This document shows, in pieces, positions 1 through 14,489 of a stretch of DNA of 64,000 nt. The position numbers were made by a program, and so were the translations under genes. The notes beneath the pieces are model-generated. The model saw only the letters and a list, made by a program, of their open reading frames with translations, searched no databases and was not told the origin of the DNA. Each line of letters opens with the position of its first letter. Positions within the stretch are counted from its first letter, which is position 1. This DNA comes from Eledone cirrhosa. Lineage: Eukaryota. The stretch covers positions 30,814,001 through 30,878,000 of the forward strand of contig OZ024751.1 of NCBI GenBank assembly GCA_964016885.1. Reading direction: 5' to 3'.

Positions 1-2450
1 TAAACCAGGAATCATTCACAAATATTGTTCTGTTCCCTTCTTGGTCATTCCCAGTCCTCCCACAATCACTGGTATTGTAACGGCCTTGAGGTGCCACATT
101 TTCTCAATTTCAATAAGCAGATATTTATATTTTTCGTAGCTTGTCAAATCTTTTGCCGCGATATTGTGATCAGATGGGATGCTCATATCTATCAATAAAC
201 AGACCTTGTTATGTTGATCTTTTACAATGATGTCAGGTATATTTGCTTTTATGGTCCTGTCAGTATGTACAGGAAAGTCCCAGAGAATTGTTACTTTTTC
301 TCCTTCAGTTACAGCCTCAGGGTGATGGTTGTACCACTTGTCTTCAGCTTTGATTTTGTAATGCCGACATATTACCCAGTGTAGATATTGGCCAATCTGT
401 CATGTCTATATTTGTATTCTACTGGTCCTAAAACTTTACATCTAGAGACTAAGTGATCCACTGTTTCAACCCCAGCATTGAAGAATCGGCACTTTGGGTT
501 TATTCCGTTTTTCATCACATTGGCTTGGTAATTACGAGTCAATAAGATTTGGTCTTGGGCAGCTAAGATGAAGCCTTCACTCTCCGCCTTTAACTCTGAA
601 CTACGTAGCCACTGATGGGTGTGCTTTTGGTCAACATCAGCTTGTTTGCTACGGGCCACATATTTGCCATGCAGAGGTTTCTGCTCCCAATTTGATGCTA
701 ATTGTCCTTGCCTTTTTGCTTTTGCCAGTGATTTTATGTGCCTAGCAGCATCAGTTGCAACAGTTTCTTTAGTTTGTCCAGCCTGGGTATCAAGCATGAG
801 ATCAGTAGCATATTTTTTGTTCTCCTTCAAGTTAGAATGAAGCTTCTTACTTCTCTCATGCTTTTCAACAAGCTTCAGCATACAGTCGTTAGTTGTTTCA
901 AGGTATTTGGCCAGTCCAATGATGGTGGTCTTGTAAGCAAGTTCAAATTGGATCAGGCCCCGGCCTCCCTGAGTTCTAGGAAGGTAAAGACGATCCACAT
1001 CTGCTTTTGGGTGTTGCATCCTATTACAGGTCAGTAGCTTACGGACTTTGGTGTCGATTCTTTTGATTTCACTCATATTCCAGTTCAACACACCGAAGCT
1101 ATAAGTGACAACTGGGACTGCTAAGGAATTTATGGCTAGCACATCTTTACGAGCGTTTAGTTCTGATCTCAGAACTGCACGTACTCTCCTGTAACATTCT
1201 TTACTTATCCTCTCTTTCATACTTGCATGCTGTATGCCAGAGCCCTCATTAATCCCTAAGTATTTATAGGTTTGTTCCCTCTCAAGTTCCTTTATGATCG
1301 TTTCAGCATCCAATTCAACTGAGTCTGAGTTGACAAGCTTCCCCTTCTTGAAAGTGGTTTTTACACACTTGTCAAGTCCAAACTCCATCCTGATGTCATC
1401 GCTAAACGTTTTTACTGTCCGCAAAAGGCCTTCCAGTTCGTCATTATCTTTGCAATATAGCTTCAAATCATCCATATATAATAGGTGGCTTATTTTTTGT
1501 TGTCAATTCTATAACCGTACCCTGTTCTATTAAGCTCGGATGTAAGGGGTATTAAAGCTATGCAGAAAAGCAAGGGTGAAAGTGAGTCACCCTGGAATAT
1601 ACCACAGTTGATGATTATATTCCCAGAGCACAGTACCCCAGTGGAATGAGACAATTGGCGATTTTTGTTCCATAATGACATATTGTACTTCAGGAAGTTT
1701 GAGATCACAGGGGAGATTTTGAAGATGTCCAGTTATTTCAGAATCCATGAGTGTGGTATGCTGTCAAAGGCTTTTTTATAATCGATCCATGCAGAACTGA
1801 GATTTCTGTGTTTATTATGACAGTTCTCAAGGATCATAAGATTAATCAAAAGTTGATCTTTGCAACCATATGAACCTCGTCGGCACCCTTTTTGTTCAAT
1901 GGGGAAAAGATTGTTCTCCTCCAAAAACACGTTTGCTTTTTCCATGAGAATAGAGGTTAATAGTTTATAAGTGGTGGACAAGCATGTTATGGGCCGATAG
2001 TTTTTTGGATCTTTGGTTTCGTTGTTCTTTGGTAGAAGGTAGGTAATGCCACTTGCTATCCAATCAGGTGTATTTTTTTAATCTTTCATAATTCCATTAA
2101 ACAGCTTGACCAATATATTGTGAGTGAAGAAAGCCAGAAATTTGGCACCCTGTCTCTACCAGGAGATTTCCATTTATGAGATTTATTGAGTGCTGTCCTT
2201 AAGTCCGCTATAGAGATGTCTTCCCACGCCTGTTCTTCTAAATTTGTGTAGGATTTTCCAGGCGACTAATCCAATCTACATTAGTATTATATGTCTTCTC
2301 ATCACTCCAAATCTTACTCCAGAAGTTTTCAATTTTTTCTATGTTTCTTTTCGAAGTTTCTTTGCTACATCTCGCTACTTGCTTGAGTTGGTCGAAGTGA
2401 TGCATCTCTTTCGAAGAACCAGAAACGAATGAGGGAGAAAAGAATTTATC
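1..2450 (-). mobile_element. Degenerate R4/Dong-clade non-LTR retrotransposon (RT, zinc knuckle, RLE endonuclease)
   Basis: Broken ORFs 1733-1981 (EQKGCRRGSYGCKDQLL, WIDYKKAFDS), 1490-1708 (GIFQGDSLSPLLF), 372-1475 (MDDLKL, YKYLG, GGRGL, CRF..ETVDHLVSRC..RHD). RLE-like PDI..D motif on the minus strand at about 180-240. Stops and frameshifts; left end runs off the window. Confidence 0.85.
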
Positions 2451-2633
2451 TTGCTTTCATCTCGAGCTGACCTGCCACTCTAGACAAATTGACGCCAACC
2501 GAGATAAAATAGAAATGGCAGCTAGATGTCATTCGGGAGTCAGTGTCAGAAGAAATTTCGCTACAGCCTCACCTGAAATAAGTATTGGATAGAAAATCTT
2601 CTTTTTTTTAATATATATATATATATATATAGT

Positions 2634-3348
2634 TGTAAAGGAATTCTCCTTTAAATTACCCGGCGAAGATTCGAAACGGAATCTACGAGTTCTCGCATCT
2701 GGGACCACCTATTGTTGGGGGTTCCCACCATTGTCTTGTCAAGAGACCAGAATGATAAACGTACATACCACTTAACCTGTGGCCCCAGCTTTCTGGGAGA
2801 TGATATCCACATGGCTGATCATAAATCAACCCCATATACACATCCTTCTAGCTATAGCATTATTATAAATACAAGGACTTGGGGAACCCAGCAGCCAGAC
2901 CGAAGTAACAGTCCTTGAGAAGATAACGATGTAGCCAATTCACTTTTACTCTATCTCTCTCTCTCCTAGCCTTACTGGCTTTCACCTTCTCTGCCACAGA
3001 CTACTACTACTACGGGAATAACGTATACTAAGAATACACACACATAGTAAGTTTCATATTGTTTACGTCTACGCTTCATTTATTCTTCCGTCTCCCTGTC
3101 ATATTGTGTCTGTAAGATACAACACAACTTTTACTATATCGTTTTTTGTGATACATGCATTTACGCTAGCTCGTAGAAGCTATTCAGCTAATTAATGTAA
3201 TGATAATTCATGTCATAATTTTTATTACACGATGTTCAACGTACCAACAAGTGAATGTTGTTATTGTAAAATAAAGATTGTCAACATCACAATTCTGGCA
3301 TTATTCTTTTTATCATTCATCCATAAAAGAATACATTTATCCGCTACA
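2634..3348 (+). mobile_element. Solo LTR, family A
   Basis: TGTAAAGGA...TCCGCTACA termini, AATAAA near the 3' end, flanks TAGT/TAGC, homologous end to end with 28351-29053. Confidence 0.75.
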
Positions 3349-4629
3349 TAGCTATATTTTTTTTATATATAGTTATATCAGGTAATCTTACGTTGGATAA
3401 ATAAAAAAAATGTATGACATTAATCCACAGTTCTTTTTATTGTTATTTAATAAAGACTATTTCGTTTTCCGACTCTTTTATTTGCAGCCTTTATCTAACT
3501 TTAATTAGTGGTGACAGTATCTCCATCATCACCTCAAAAGAAATGTTTACATTTAGACAAGTATGGATAACCAATAGTGTGTGTGTATATATAGCTATAT
3601 ATAAATTTTAGCGACTTCCGTCCGTCCATCCTTCCGTCACACACAAGAGTTAACAGAGGAAGGAATGGGTGGTGACCTCGTCATGCACAAGAGATGATTG
3701 AGGAAGAAAGGGATGATGACAAATTACAGAAAACTAGCAGAAAAACCACCTTTCGGGTGGTTTTCTGCTAGCATGTGTAGTGTGTATATTGATATTATAC
3801 GCAGGTTTATATACATGTAGATATGATACATAAAATAAAATCGTAATTGACAATATACATAAAAATTGAACGAAGACTGCGTTACACTGTCTTATGTAAT
3901 CAGTAACATAATCCATGATACATTAAAAAGGACGATATTATATATAAACTGCATTAGGAGAAAATTAGTAACAGACAATTAGTATGTTTATTTAAGCGAT
4001 GGCCAACCGGAAGTGTTGACATTTCAGAAATTTTAAAGAAGTGAATCTTTAAATAAACAAAATATAGGAGAGTATTGAAGTTTGCTTGAAGCAGTGTGGA
4101 ATAATAGGTAAATATCTTTAAGTCGTTTGGAAGCCTCAACAATGCAAATGGGTAAATCTCCGGGTAACAAGATCCGGTGGTGGAGAGAGAGATGTAAGTG
4201 GGTGTACGTTGAGATGCGTGGTGTGCAGAGGTCAGCGGCCGAATGAGAGAGTGGGGTGGCGCTAGCTGTCAGTCCATTTTCTGCCTGTTTGTTAAATGTT
4301 ACTGTGTGTGTGTGCGTGTATTGTTGTCTCTCTTGAGTGTGTGTGTACGTGTGTTGTTGCCTTGTTCCTCTGTATTAGCAGTGTAGTATGTTCGTATGGT
4401 GGAATGCTATATATATTTAATCAACAGCCACGAAATTTAGTAGATAAATTATGTAATATTCATTCATTATTTATTCAAAGTAATCCAACTTATTTTACTA
4501 ATGGGATAAAAAAAATGATAAACCGTACGCAGTCCGGCGCTCCTTACTTTATTATAGCTTAGATAGCGTCTAATGTGTATGTCTGTGAGTGTGTATGTTT
4601 GTAAGTGTGTTTGTGTTTGCGCCTTTACA

Positions 4630-4811
4630 ATAATTGTTTCTACTTTAGGCACAAGGCCAGCAATTACTCAGTGCATTACTGGTACTTTATTTTATCGACT
4701 CCGTAAGGATGAAAGGCAAAGTCAACCTCGGCGGGATTTGAACTCAGATCGTAAAGGGACGTAACTATGCTGGAAAGCATGGCGTCCGACCCTTTACCGA
4801 TATTGCCAATT
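4630..4811 (-). mobile_element. Young tRNA-derived octopod-type SINE (about 185 bp)
   Basis: Reverse complement of A box TGGCA.TATCGG, B box GAGTTCAAATCCC, core TTTGCCTTTCATCC..GTCGATAAAATAAAGTACCAG and tail GTAGAAACAATTAT; many near-identical copies in the window. Confidence 0.85.
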
Positions 4812-4884
4812 ACAATAATATATTCATATATGAATCAGCGTGTTAAAAAGAAATCTATTGTCTAAATATGTGTTTCACTGAAGA

Positions 4885-5140
4885 AAGGGAGAGAGAAAGG
4901 GGCTTTGGGCTCTGGGATCTGGGCATTGGGCGCGGCGGTGTTGGGGCTGCGCCCAGCGGACAAGACCGCAAAAGCATTTCCGTGGACAATGACCCGCGAC
5001 ACCCACTGCAACCCCCACCCCACCTTGCGGGTCTCCTTCCTCGGACGTGCTGCGGACGTTCCGATCTTGCGGAGGTGATCGCAGTACAGGATCCAAGTAC
5101 ACCTGAGGTCTCGATGGCGACCGGAGAATCCCCGGTTTTC
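4885..5140 (-). mobile_element. 3' fragment of a CRE-like (RLE) non-LTR retrotransposon
   Basis: GC-rich island in microsatellite; minus-strand PVAIETSGVLG and, after frameshifts, GDP..VIVHGNAFAVLS, resembling the C-terminal ETxG..QRGNA region of CRE-clade elements. Confidence 0.55.
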
Positions 5141-5642
5141 CTTTCTTGGATATGTATGTGTGAGTGTATGTATGTATGTATAAATGTATGCATGTATGTG
5201 TGTATATATGTGAGTGTGTGTATGTATGTATAAATGTATGCATGTGAGAGTGTGTGTGTGTATGTGTGTATATATGTGAGTGTGTATGTATGTATATATG
5301 AATCTCTACCTCTTAGTGGAGTCGTAGGGTTGCCTTAGTGACATATAACATATCTTGGACACTTTAAACTGTGCCTTTCAGCCCTATGGGATCGATAAAA
5401 TAAAGTACCAGTAATGCACTGAGGTAATTGCTGGCCTTGTGCCAAAAGTAGAAACAATTACTCTATGTACTATATATGTGTAGCGAAATCCGTTCACACC
5501 TGGGTGACATTTGACGGTCACTTTTTGGTCTAAACAAGTCTGTGAGTGGGCGATCTCTCGAGGTCACCCCGGTAGTTCTCAAGGCAGGGACGCTATCTAT
5601 GCACCTTTGATGAGTTGTAATTCACCTGAGCACATTATTATC

Positions 5643-5830
5643 GGTGAATTGGCAGTATCAGTAGAGGGTTGGACGCCATGTTTTGACGCATAGAGTTACG
5701 GCCCTTTCCATTCTGAGTTCAAATCCCGCCGAGGCTAACTTTGCCTTTCATCCTTACGAGGTCGATAAACTAAAGTACCAGTAATGCACTGGGGTAATTG
5801 CTGGCCTTGTGCCAAAAGTAGAAACAATTA
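5643..5830 (+). mobile_element. Young tRNA-derived SINE
   Basis: Full A/B boxes, core and (TTA)n tail; same family as 4630-4811. Confidence 0.85.
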
Positions 5831-7399
5831 TTATTATTACTAGAGCTTCCATTCCACCAAAACAAACAAACAGAATCAGTTTTTTCAGAGATGTAGCTTA
5901 TATTGGACCTCCGTCGTTTTCGACGACGAGCGTTCCAGTTGATTCGATCAACGGAACAGCCTACTGGTGAAATTGACGTTCAAGTGGCCGAGCATTTTAC
6001 AGATTATGGTTTCCGGAATTTTAATATTTTATTTCGTTCAGCTACCACAGCATACATGAAGTGGGGGGGTGGGGTGGCCAACGCTGGAATGTTATTATTA
6101 TTTTTTTTTAATTAACATTTATATAATAGATTTAATCAACTTTACTCTTTCTCTAAATTTTACCCATAATATTCATTATCAGAGACAACAATAATATATA
6201 TCATTGTTTGTTGCAAAGGCACAACGAAATATGAAGTGTTGCAAAAGAAAATAATATAATCACAAGCAGTAAAAACAAAAAAAAACATTTATCGCAAAAA
6301 CAATGCAACAAAAAAAACTGAATTTTTTTTATAAAAAGCCACGTGATATTTATATTATATCATTATAACAGCAGTCTGATATTACTGTTCTTAAAATGTA
6401 GAGATTCACAATGCAGCTTTTATTTATTTGAGTTTACATTTTATACAGTTAAGTAGTAGCAGCAACTACAAAGGACTGCTATGAATAAGGACATTCGCCA
6501 TCACACACAGAAAATTGGTTATGGTGCTGAACTGGGTAAATATTAGAACCGATGATGTTAAGCTGTATTAGATCATCACATTTACCAATGTAATACTCAA
6601 CGTAAACCTGCAATTTATCAAGTATGAATTTTTTTTCTTCTTATATTTTACTTTTCTCCTATTTTAATTTTGAAGTTTATTTATTTAATTTTGTCAACAT
6701 AATTAACTGCAATTTATCTCGCACTTCCTCTAGAGACAATTTACTTCGTTTTGAAATCATTATTATTATTATAAAGAAAACATTTTTTTTTCTTTATTAT
6801 AATTATTATTCAGATCATCCGAACAACAAGGGATTTGGGGAATCTAAGATTGTTTGTGGGAATATATCAGTTTTTTTTAAAGATTATTCAGAATTCGTAG
6901 AAAGATTTCCTACAGGAATTACGAGGACTGTCCTATTGCGAGTCAATATTTTAATAAGCAAATGATAACCGTTTGTTAAGTTTTAAATATTTTAAACAAT
7001 GCTAAAAAGATATAAAGAACAATGTTTAGAAATAACGAAAGCTTGAATTTACCAATAATTTTCTGTTGCCGAAGAGGAAAATCGCGTTATTTATTGCGGC
7101 TAATATGTACATCTGCACATAAACAAATAATACTTTGTTACTGTTTGTTCAGAGGCATGCCTGATGAGAATACCTCTAGTTAAAGATATTCCATTCATGA
7201 TCACTTTATTCTATTACCTTGACACATACATTAATTAATGCTTGCTTCTTTACTTATAACTGTAAGAAGTGATCTGAGATTTGGCTGTTATTTCTAGGAG
7301 GTCGGACGTCCACTTGGTTAGTTGTACCTCTGATGCATAATTCGAAATTTGGTATTGTATAGGCTCTTTTAGAGGCGGCCTTTACTCGCCCCGTCGTAG

Positions 7400-7620
7400 C
7401 TACGTGGACATGTGGTTAGAATGTCTCAAAGAATCGCTGGACAGATTTTATGGGCAAAACCAACTGGCAGGAGACCCGGGGGTTGACCCCGAGCAAATGG
7501 TTGGATAACGTCCATAAGCTTAGCCTGTCTCGCTGAGGGATCAAGCCGAATCTGTTGGGGACGTTTGCTTCTGACAGGACCAGCTGGAAGGAGTATTTGA
7601 GGACCCTACAACCCTCTTAG
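7400..7620 (+). mobile_element. RTE-clade LINE 3' fragment
   Basis: GHVVRM..KPTGRRP..WLDNV-like coding remnant; opposite-strand homolog of 17025-17180. Confidence 0.65.
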
Positions 7621-7625
7621 TAACA

Positions 7626-7892
7626 CAGGGGCGGTGGAAGCATTTCTGAATTGGGGAGGGGGTGCAAATTTGGTCTGGCGGCTCGCCTATTAGAGGTAAT
7701 GGTGAATCTCGCGAGGGCGCTTGGTTGTTTCAGCGCATCAGCCTCGCCATCACCCGAGGCAACGCTGCGAGTGTCCTGACTTGCCTCAAAAATCATTAGA
7801 GAGGTTGCCCAGTACTCCTCGCGATCCTGCTGTCTTTTTCTCTGGTGGTGGCTCGGTTGTTCACCCCTTCCTTTACAGTTCCACCACCCCTG
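7626..7892. mobile_element. MITE with 14-bp TIRs (hAT-like)
   Basis: CAGGGGCGGTGGAA ... TTCCACCACCCCTG (1 mismatch); no clean TSD. Confidence 0.55.
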
Positions 7893-10809
7893 TAATAGAA
7901 GACGGTATCGTATATGTTATACGATACTATATTTTTTTTTTTTTAATTTTTTTTTTTTGGGGGGGGGGGGGTCTTAATTTTGGAGTTTAATTTCCCGGTT
8001 GATAAGCTACATAATTACTAAGAGTAAAAGCCACAGATATTGATGATGGCTTTTGTTTCGTTTTCTTTCTCTCGCTTTGATCATATATTTTGGTGCGTTG
8101 TATTTGTAAGGTTCCTATCAATAGTTAACTGTATTTATTATATATGTGTTTATATTTTCATTTTGAAAGAATTGTGGTCAATTTGTAATGTTATTTATAG
8201 TTGCGAATAAAAATATACTTTGCTTACTGTATAACAATAATAAAATTCATGCAAATATTAACAATAGAAATAAGAAGACCTGATGAACTAATTTCTAAGT
8301 TTAGAAGTAAAGAATATTGTGTCTGCTACCGGAACATGTCATTTTCTACTAAGAATTAGCAAATAATATAACAAATATATAACATTAAATAGAAGTGCAT
8401 GCATGTAATCAATAGTGTATAACTATAAGCGAATATATTTTATTCACTGTTGTATAAAAAGAGATATAATAATTGTTTATACTTTTGGCACAAGGCCAGC
8501 AAATACTCAGTGCATTACTGGTACTTTATTTTATCGACCCCGTAAGGATGAAAGGCAAAGTTAACCTCGGCGGGATTTGAATACGTAATAATACTCTTTG
8601 CTATTCCACCGAAACTGTCGCTTATTATTTTAGTCTTCTTATTAACCATTAGTTATTAATGAAAAAGAAATGTTATTTTAAATTATACAGTTCACTATAA
8701 TTTATTTTTTACCGAAGAGACAGAGTAGAAAATTCCGTTAACTGGTGGCTTTGCATAAATATTTTTAGGTTAACTCATAAATGTTGTGCACTTAAAGGTG
8801 ATGTGAGAAACAGCAGAATTCGTGAATATCAACATTGACTCTCGCAAAGATGTTTACATTTATTTTCTCTCCCTTTATTACTATTTGGAACTGTTTCTTT
8901 AGATTTTGAAGCTAATTAAAAAGAAGAGGGGGAGAAAACTTTTTTTTTTTCTTTAATTATTTACGTGAAATAGAATGTTACTTTCTAATTCTGACACAAG
9001 GCCAGCAAATTTGGAAGGGGTTGGTGAAGGTAGAGTTGGTGTATGAGTATTTAAATGGTTCTTTATTTTATCAACCTCGAAAGGACGAATGTCAAAATTG
9101 ACCTTTGAACTCAGAACAGAGAAAGACGTTAGTTAAATGTCACGGTGGCATTTTATTCGATGCTTTTTTTAGTTTCGTAAAATACAATATTTAAAAAAAA
9201 AGAACAATGTATATTCTGATTAATAAATAACCTATGCAGGTTTAGTTGGCCTACTACGGGAGATTTCTTTGGTGTTTTTTAATGATAGAGGCTCCAGTTC
9301 CTTTATCAAAAGCAATGCGAAAGGAAACGTTTTCTCAACAACACACTCCACCTGATCCAAGATTGAACCCACAAGCTTCTGATTGTGAATCTAATATCCT
9401 AACCACTAAGACAAGCATCTTTATTTGTATGGGTTTGACATATCTTTTCCAGCACAGTGTCTCGACAATGAAAGGGGTCTGTAGAAGACAGCATAGCTTT
9501 TGTAGGTCCTTATTACTCTGGATGTCGTTCAGTGTTAAGTTTGAATTTCTTGTTAAGTCAACGGTGCTGTATTAGAAATGTTGATGGTGTGGGAATCATT
9601 GAATTTCAGACAGCTGGTGTCAGAAATGTAACAATGGAAAATAGCGCCTATGGCATTCATTGAAAGTGCGCCCCTGTCCATCCAGCAAGCTATATAGTTG
9701 TTGTTAGACAATGGGATTGACATAGCAGTTTAAATAAATGAGGGTTTGGCGTATTAAACTGCATTTTCATTTGTTCTATAGGTATCCTTTACGCTTAAGT
9801 ATACGTAAATTATTGGCAAAAATGTGTGTAAACTGATCTTTGACAAATATTTAAAATATTTGACAAGTCATAATATGAGGTATGCCTCTGTGATCATGTA
9901 GTCCCCAGCAGTGTATTTTTATCAATGGGCCTAATAATTTATATAAATGGTTTAGTGATCCAATCACCACAGTGTATCTCACTCATGATAGAGACAGATC
10001 ATACATCTGAAGAAATTTTTTTTCTTTTTTTTTTTTTCATTCTCTGACGATAGTTTATCTGACTTTAATAGAAAGTGCTCCTAGTCAAAGTAGCGCCCCC
10101 TTTCAAGTGACGCCCATGGCACGTGCCATGCTTGCCATACCTTAGATACGCCTCTGGCTTCAGTAGCTCATTGGAAGGAAGGGTTGGATTGGGGACATAT
10201 ATTTGGTGTTATATCTTGAGGCGGGTCCACTACCAAGCGGAGTGAGGGGTGGTAAACGCCCTCTGTGGCACTGATCTCCTCCCAAACCCTACTTTTCATG
10301 TTCCACGCTCAGATTTAGAAAATAGTTTATATAAAAAGAATAGTTTTAAAAAACTCCTGAAATACGTTCTTTTAATTAGTGCCCACTAGAATATTCTGAA
10401 ACCCCTGCACTCGTCGCCAGAACACGAAAACCTTGCGACGGTCCTATCTAGTGAGTGATACATGACAGGGTCGCTGAGAGGAGACTATGCTATCTAATTT
10501 AAAGTACCAGTCACCCAAAGTCTTCAGCTGGGCGAGGTGGGAATGGGGGCATCACCAGACTTTCCTGGTGTTCAAGGGTGAGATGGGGAAGTCACCAGGC
10601 TTTGGTGGTGTTCTGTGTTGGGCTTCAGAACTAAAATATAAAGATGCTCCATTGAAAAATGGGGTTTTGTATGGGGGAGGGAGAATCAATGACAGCCAGT
10701 GGTCTCCCCACCTCCCATCATTGGCAAGGGGTACACAAAGGCAGGGTTTACACTAGGAAAATGTAAAGTCAATTTGTCTTTTATTTGATAGTGATTATAT
10801 AATTTAATG

Positions 10810-11300
10810 GAAACAGTGGCAAGTGAAAACTTGGTTTGAAGTTGAGAAATGGTATGGTTGTGGCGCAATATCAAATAGGTTGGGTAGCTTTCAACAAGAA
10901 CAAGGAAGTACTAACATCAAAACGAGTTTCCTATCATTTGAAGACTAAGATCTTTGATACTTACATCCTACCAATTGTGTTATATGGTCTTGACTATGTT
11001 AATTGGATGACAAGGTCGCTTCAGAAGCTCTCTACATTCCAGAACCACATCATGAGACTTATGACTGGCAAGCGGCTCAGTACCGTATCTGTATCAGTGA
11101 GCTGCTCAACATTACCAGACTTAGACCAATTACATCAATTGTCAAGTCAAGAGGACTCAAACAATATGGCCATATAAAAAGTTCAACTCGTGGTGTGAGT
11201 AGGTTATGCCTGGAAGGAAGGTTGGCTGGTAAGAGAAGCAGAGGCCAGCAGCCAAAACGATGGCTTGACAATGTCAATTTATGGACAGGACTTGTAGGTT
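10810..11300 (+). mobile_element. RTE-clade LINE 3' fragment
   Basis: GWVAF..KTKIFDTYILPIVLYG and YGHI..LEGRLAGKRSRGQQPKRWLDNV, frameshifted. Confidence 0.75.
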
Positions 11301-12314
11301 TAGCTGGTCTTCTATGTGGGAGTATCTCATAGATTTCTTGAGTGTTTTAATAATAGCAGCCCCAGTCTTCTCATGTTGTTATTACAGCTTTTATCTATAT
11401 AAGTTTAGTTAGTCCCCTATGAGGCTGTATCTCATGGGAGATTACTTGGGTGTCTTATTGACAGGGATCCCAGTCCTATTATGAAAAGTCCAATGTGAAA
11501 TTAAGTGCCTTGCTCAAAAACACAATGTACTGTCCAGTTCAAGAATCGAACCCACAACCATGAGTCCTTGATGAAGTTTAGGCTTTCAAGATCAGTCCTA
11601 ACCATTTCTACTCATATCTTCTATGGTTTTCCTCTCCTACCATTTCCTTCCATTTAAGTAATTTGGAACATCCTTCCTACACTTCATATACCGGTTCAGT
11701 CATCTCGCTAGAACACTACATTTAATTTCTATAACCCAGTTTTTCTCTGTTTATTTCTACTCCATTATTAATGTATACCATCATTACACATCATTTCTTT
11801 CTAAACTTTCTATATCCTTTGATTTCAATGTCTACTGTATGATAATAATTGAGGCAATTTCTATTTCTACTATCAAAATTATATTTAATGACAGTGGAAA
11901 TGAGATAGTTAAAGGATGAAACTATACATTTTAGTATTTATATCATACTCTTGTGTGATTACTTATATATAGGTTATAAGCCTGACATAGTCTATGGTGA
12001 ACTCCATTCCTTCTTGTTAAAACAAGGGAAGAGTTCAGTCTAATTATGATGGCCAAGTGCCTGATATTCACCAGTAGTCTGATGTTCTTATTCACTCAGA
12101 AATACTAAGTTAAGATTTATCATAGATTAAATTCTTCTTCTTCTTTGCCCACTTCTTTTTTTTTTCTTCTTTTTCTAATTATAATTATAATTTAACAAAC
12201 CTCATAAAATCAAGGTTAAACATCAGCTTCCAAAGCTGGGTAGGTAATTAGCATAGCATATTTCCATAACTTGTTTAAGATCTTGAAGAATATTTGTGAA
12301 AACAGAAAGAATAA

Positions 12315-13400
12315 CCGTATTCTTCAGAATATAGGACGCACTCTAGATTTAACATGAATATCCAGGAAAAATAAAATTATGGGGAATTAACATTATTAAT
12401 GCTATTAAAATTTTAATCACTTTCAAATCTTATAAAATCGTAGCTACTGTCGTCCTCCTTGATTTCATGGTTGTCACTGTCGTCTAGTTCCTGAAATTCT
12501 TCATCTTCCTCGCATTCTTCGTGGTCATCGCTGTTTTCAGAATCACTTGTGTCACTATCATTATACAGAAAATCATCTTCGGTGCCATCTAGGGCGTTGC
12601 TGATCCCACGTTTTTGAAAGGTTTTGTCTGGGTTTTCATAGCACCCCCACAAGTTTTTCACCCACTGGGTTACCTGGGAAAATGTAGGCCTCTTCATACG
12701 CCCTGTTGGTGTCAAGGTCATGGTGTGGGTCCTTCATCCAATTATCCCATTCTTCTTTCATGTGTGCCTTAAAAAGCTTGTTTAATGAAACATCAAGGGG
12801 TTGTAATTGAGAAGTCAGTCCACAGGGTATGACAGCTATTTCAGTGTTTAAGTTCTTTACCCTCCTTACTGTATTCTCAGCCATATGTGCCCGAAGTTGG
12901 TCCCAAACAAAAAGTGATGGTCTTTTGAATAAAACACCATGATGCCATGACCATACTTTATCTAGTCATAACTTAACACCATTTTCATCCATCTACCCTT
13001 TGGAGTAGGCATGAATAACAACTCTTGATGGAAAAGTGTCTTTTAGAAATGTTTTTCTTTTAAATATTAGAAGTGGTGGAAGATTCGTGCCATCTGTGCA
13101 ACAAGTCAATACTACAGTACAATGTCTTTTTTTATGACCAGTCGTTTTAGCAGTTAATGTTTTGGTACCTTTAACATCCACAGTCCTGTTTGAGGGAACA
13201 TCAAATGTCAGTGGCACCTCGTCCATATTTGCAATATCTGTGAAATTCCAATATCTTGTTTTCATATTCCTCTGGCATTTTTTATGCTATCCTGGTTTTT
13301 GTATGCAACAAAAACACCATCTTGCACAGCCACAGAAATCATTATGACCTCTTTTAGCTGCCATAACTTTAGCCTGTTAAATTATGGCTTTCGTTGATAA
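12315..13400 (-). mobile_element. Degenerate pogo/Tigger-family DNA transposon
   Basis: NMDEVPLTFD, TVVLTCCTDG.LPPLLIFK, IPCGLTSQLQPLDVSLNK and an acidic C-terminus; pogo-like terminus CCGTATTCTTCAGAATATAGGACGCAC at 12315. Confidence 0.85.
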
Positions 13401-14006
13401 AGCTCAACCTTTGTTCCAGTTGTCAAGAACCCTGGTTTTCAGTTCTTCCTCAGTTTGAGTTGCATTCCGTTTCCGAAGATTATATTTTTTTTTTTTTTTT
13501 TTTTTTTTGGCCTGCTGTAGTTGTTCCTCCTGTCTTATCCACATTCATACCATTGGAGGCCGTCCAAAGCATCGGGCAGCTGCTCTGTTACCATGTTCCT
13601 TGGCATATGCTATCACCTGTAATGTGTAGCCAATAATGTAACTGTCTTCTCTTGGACTCCATTTTATTACAGTACTGATAATCTGAAAATAAAAAAGTCA
13701 ATCAGAGAGAGGAAAGAGTATCAATACGCAGTACTATATATAACAGATGTTTAGAGTACTACAATTCTGAGTGAACAGAATTTATGGAGATAGAATAATG
13801 AATTATTTTAATATAGCTGAAGAAATGACACCAATACTTCTCCTAATTATTTTTGTATAATGAAACTGTCATTTTTTTTTGTTAATATATTTTTGTTTAA
13901 TTTTGATCTTTTTCCCTATTTCAATTAGAACAACAAACCATAACATTAAACTGTCAAGTGAAATATTTCTATCTGTTTCATATTTCTAGCTGAGCCATAT
14001 ACCACC

Positions 14007-14097
14007 ATGAGGAAATTATTACTTTGGAATTCCAGATATAGAAAACGCATTATTTTTATAGCATTAATTACCACTCTTATCTTAACACTGTGGATTT
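14007..14097 (+). CDS. HtrL/YibB-like type II membrane protein, coding exon 1 (cytoplasmic tail and TM anchor)
   Basis: Acceptor TTTCTAG ending 13989, Kozak ACCACCATG, MRKLLLWNSRYRKRIIFIALITTLILTLWI, donor GTAAGT at 14098. Phase 1 matches the next exon. Confidence 0.8.
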
Positions 14098-14489
14098 GTA
14101 AGTCGTCCTTTCATTTCAATTTCTTTCTACATAATGCTTGCTTTGTTCAATAAATATGCAAATAGTGCTCCAGCATGGCCTTGGCCATTCGGCTGAAACA
14201 AGTAAGTGAGTAAAGAGTAAATAATAGTTTCTGATTTAGACACAAGACCAACAATTTTGGGGCAAGAGGAAAATGAATTAAATCAACCCAATGCATTACT
14301 GGTACTTTGTTTTATCGACCCCCCCCCCCCCCTGATACATATTTTAGGTTAACCTGTTTAGTCTGGCATGTATAGATTATAAATTATTTTAATAATTCTG
14401 TTACTGGAGTGTAACATACATGTAATTTAGTTTTAGGCAAATGTTTATAGATAAGGCACCTGGCCTAGTGGTAAGTTTGTTGGTCTTAC

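Noticed and set aside
3734-3771. Terminator-like hairpin CTAGCAGAAAAACCACC-TTTCG-GGTGGTTTTCTGCTAG
   Set aside because: Real palindrome but isolated within repeat debris; no U-tract or functional context.
7155-7200. CTGATGA/CTGACGA hammerhead-like cores at about 7161, 8280 and 10044
   Set aside because: Missing a properly placed GAAA/UH or a credible stem I.
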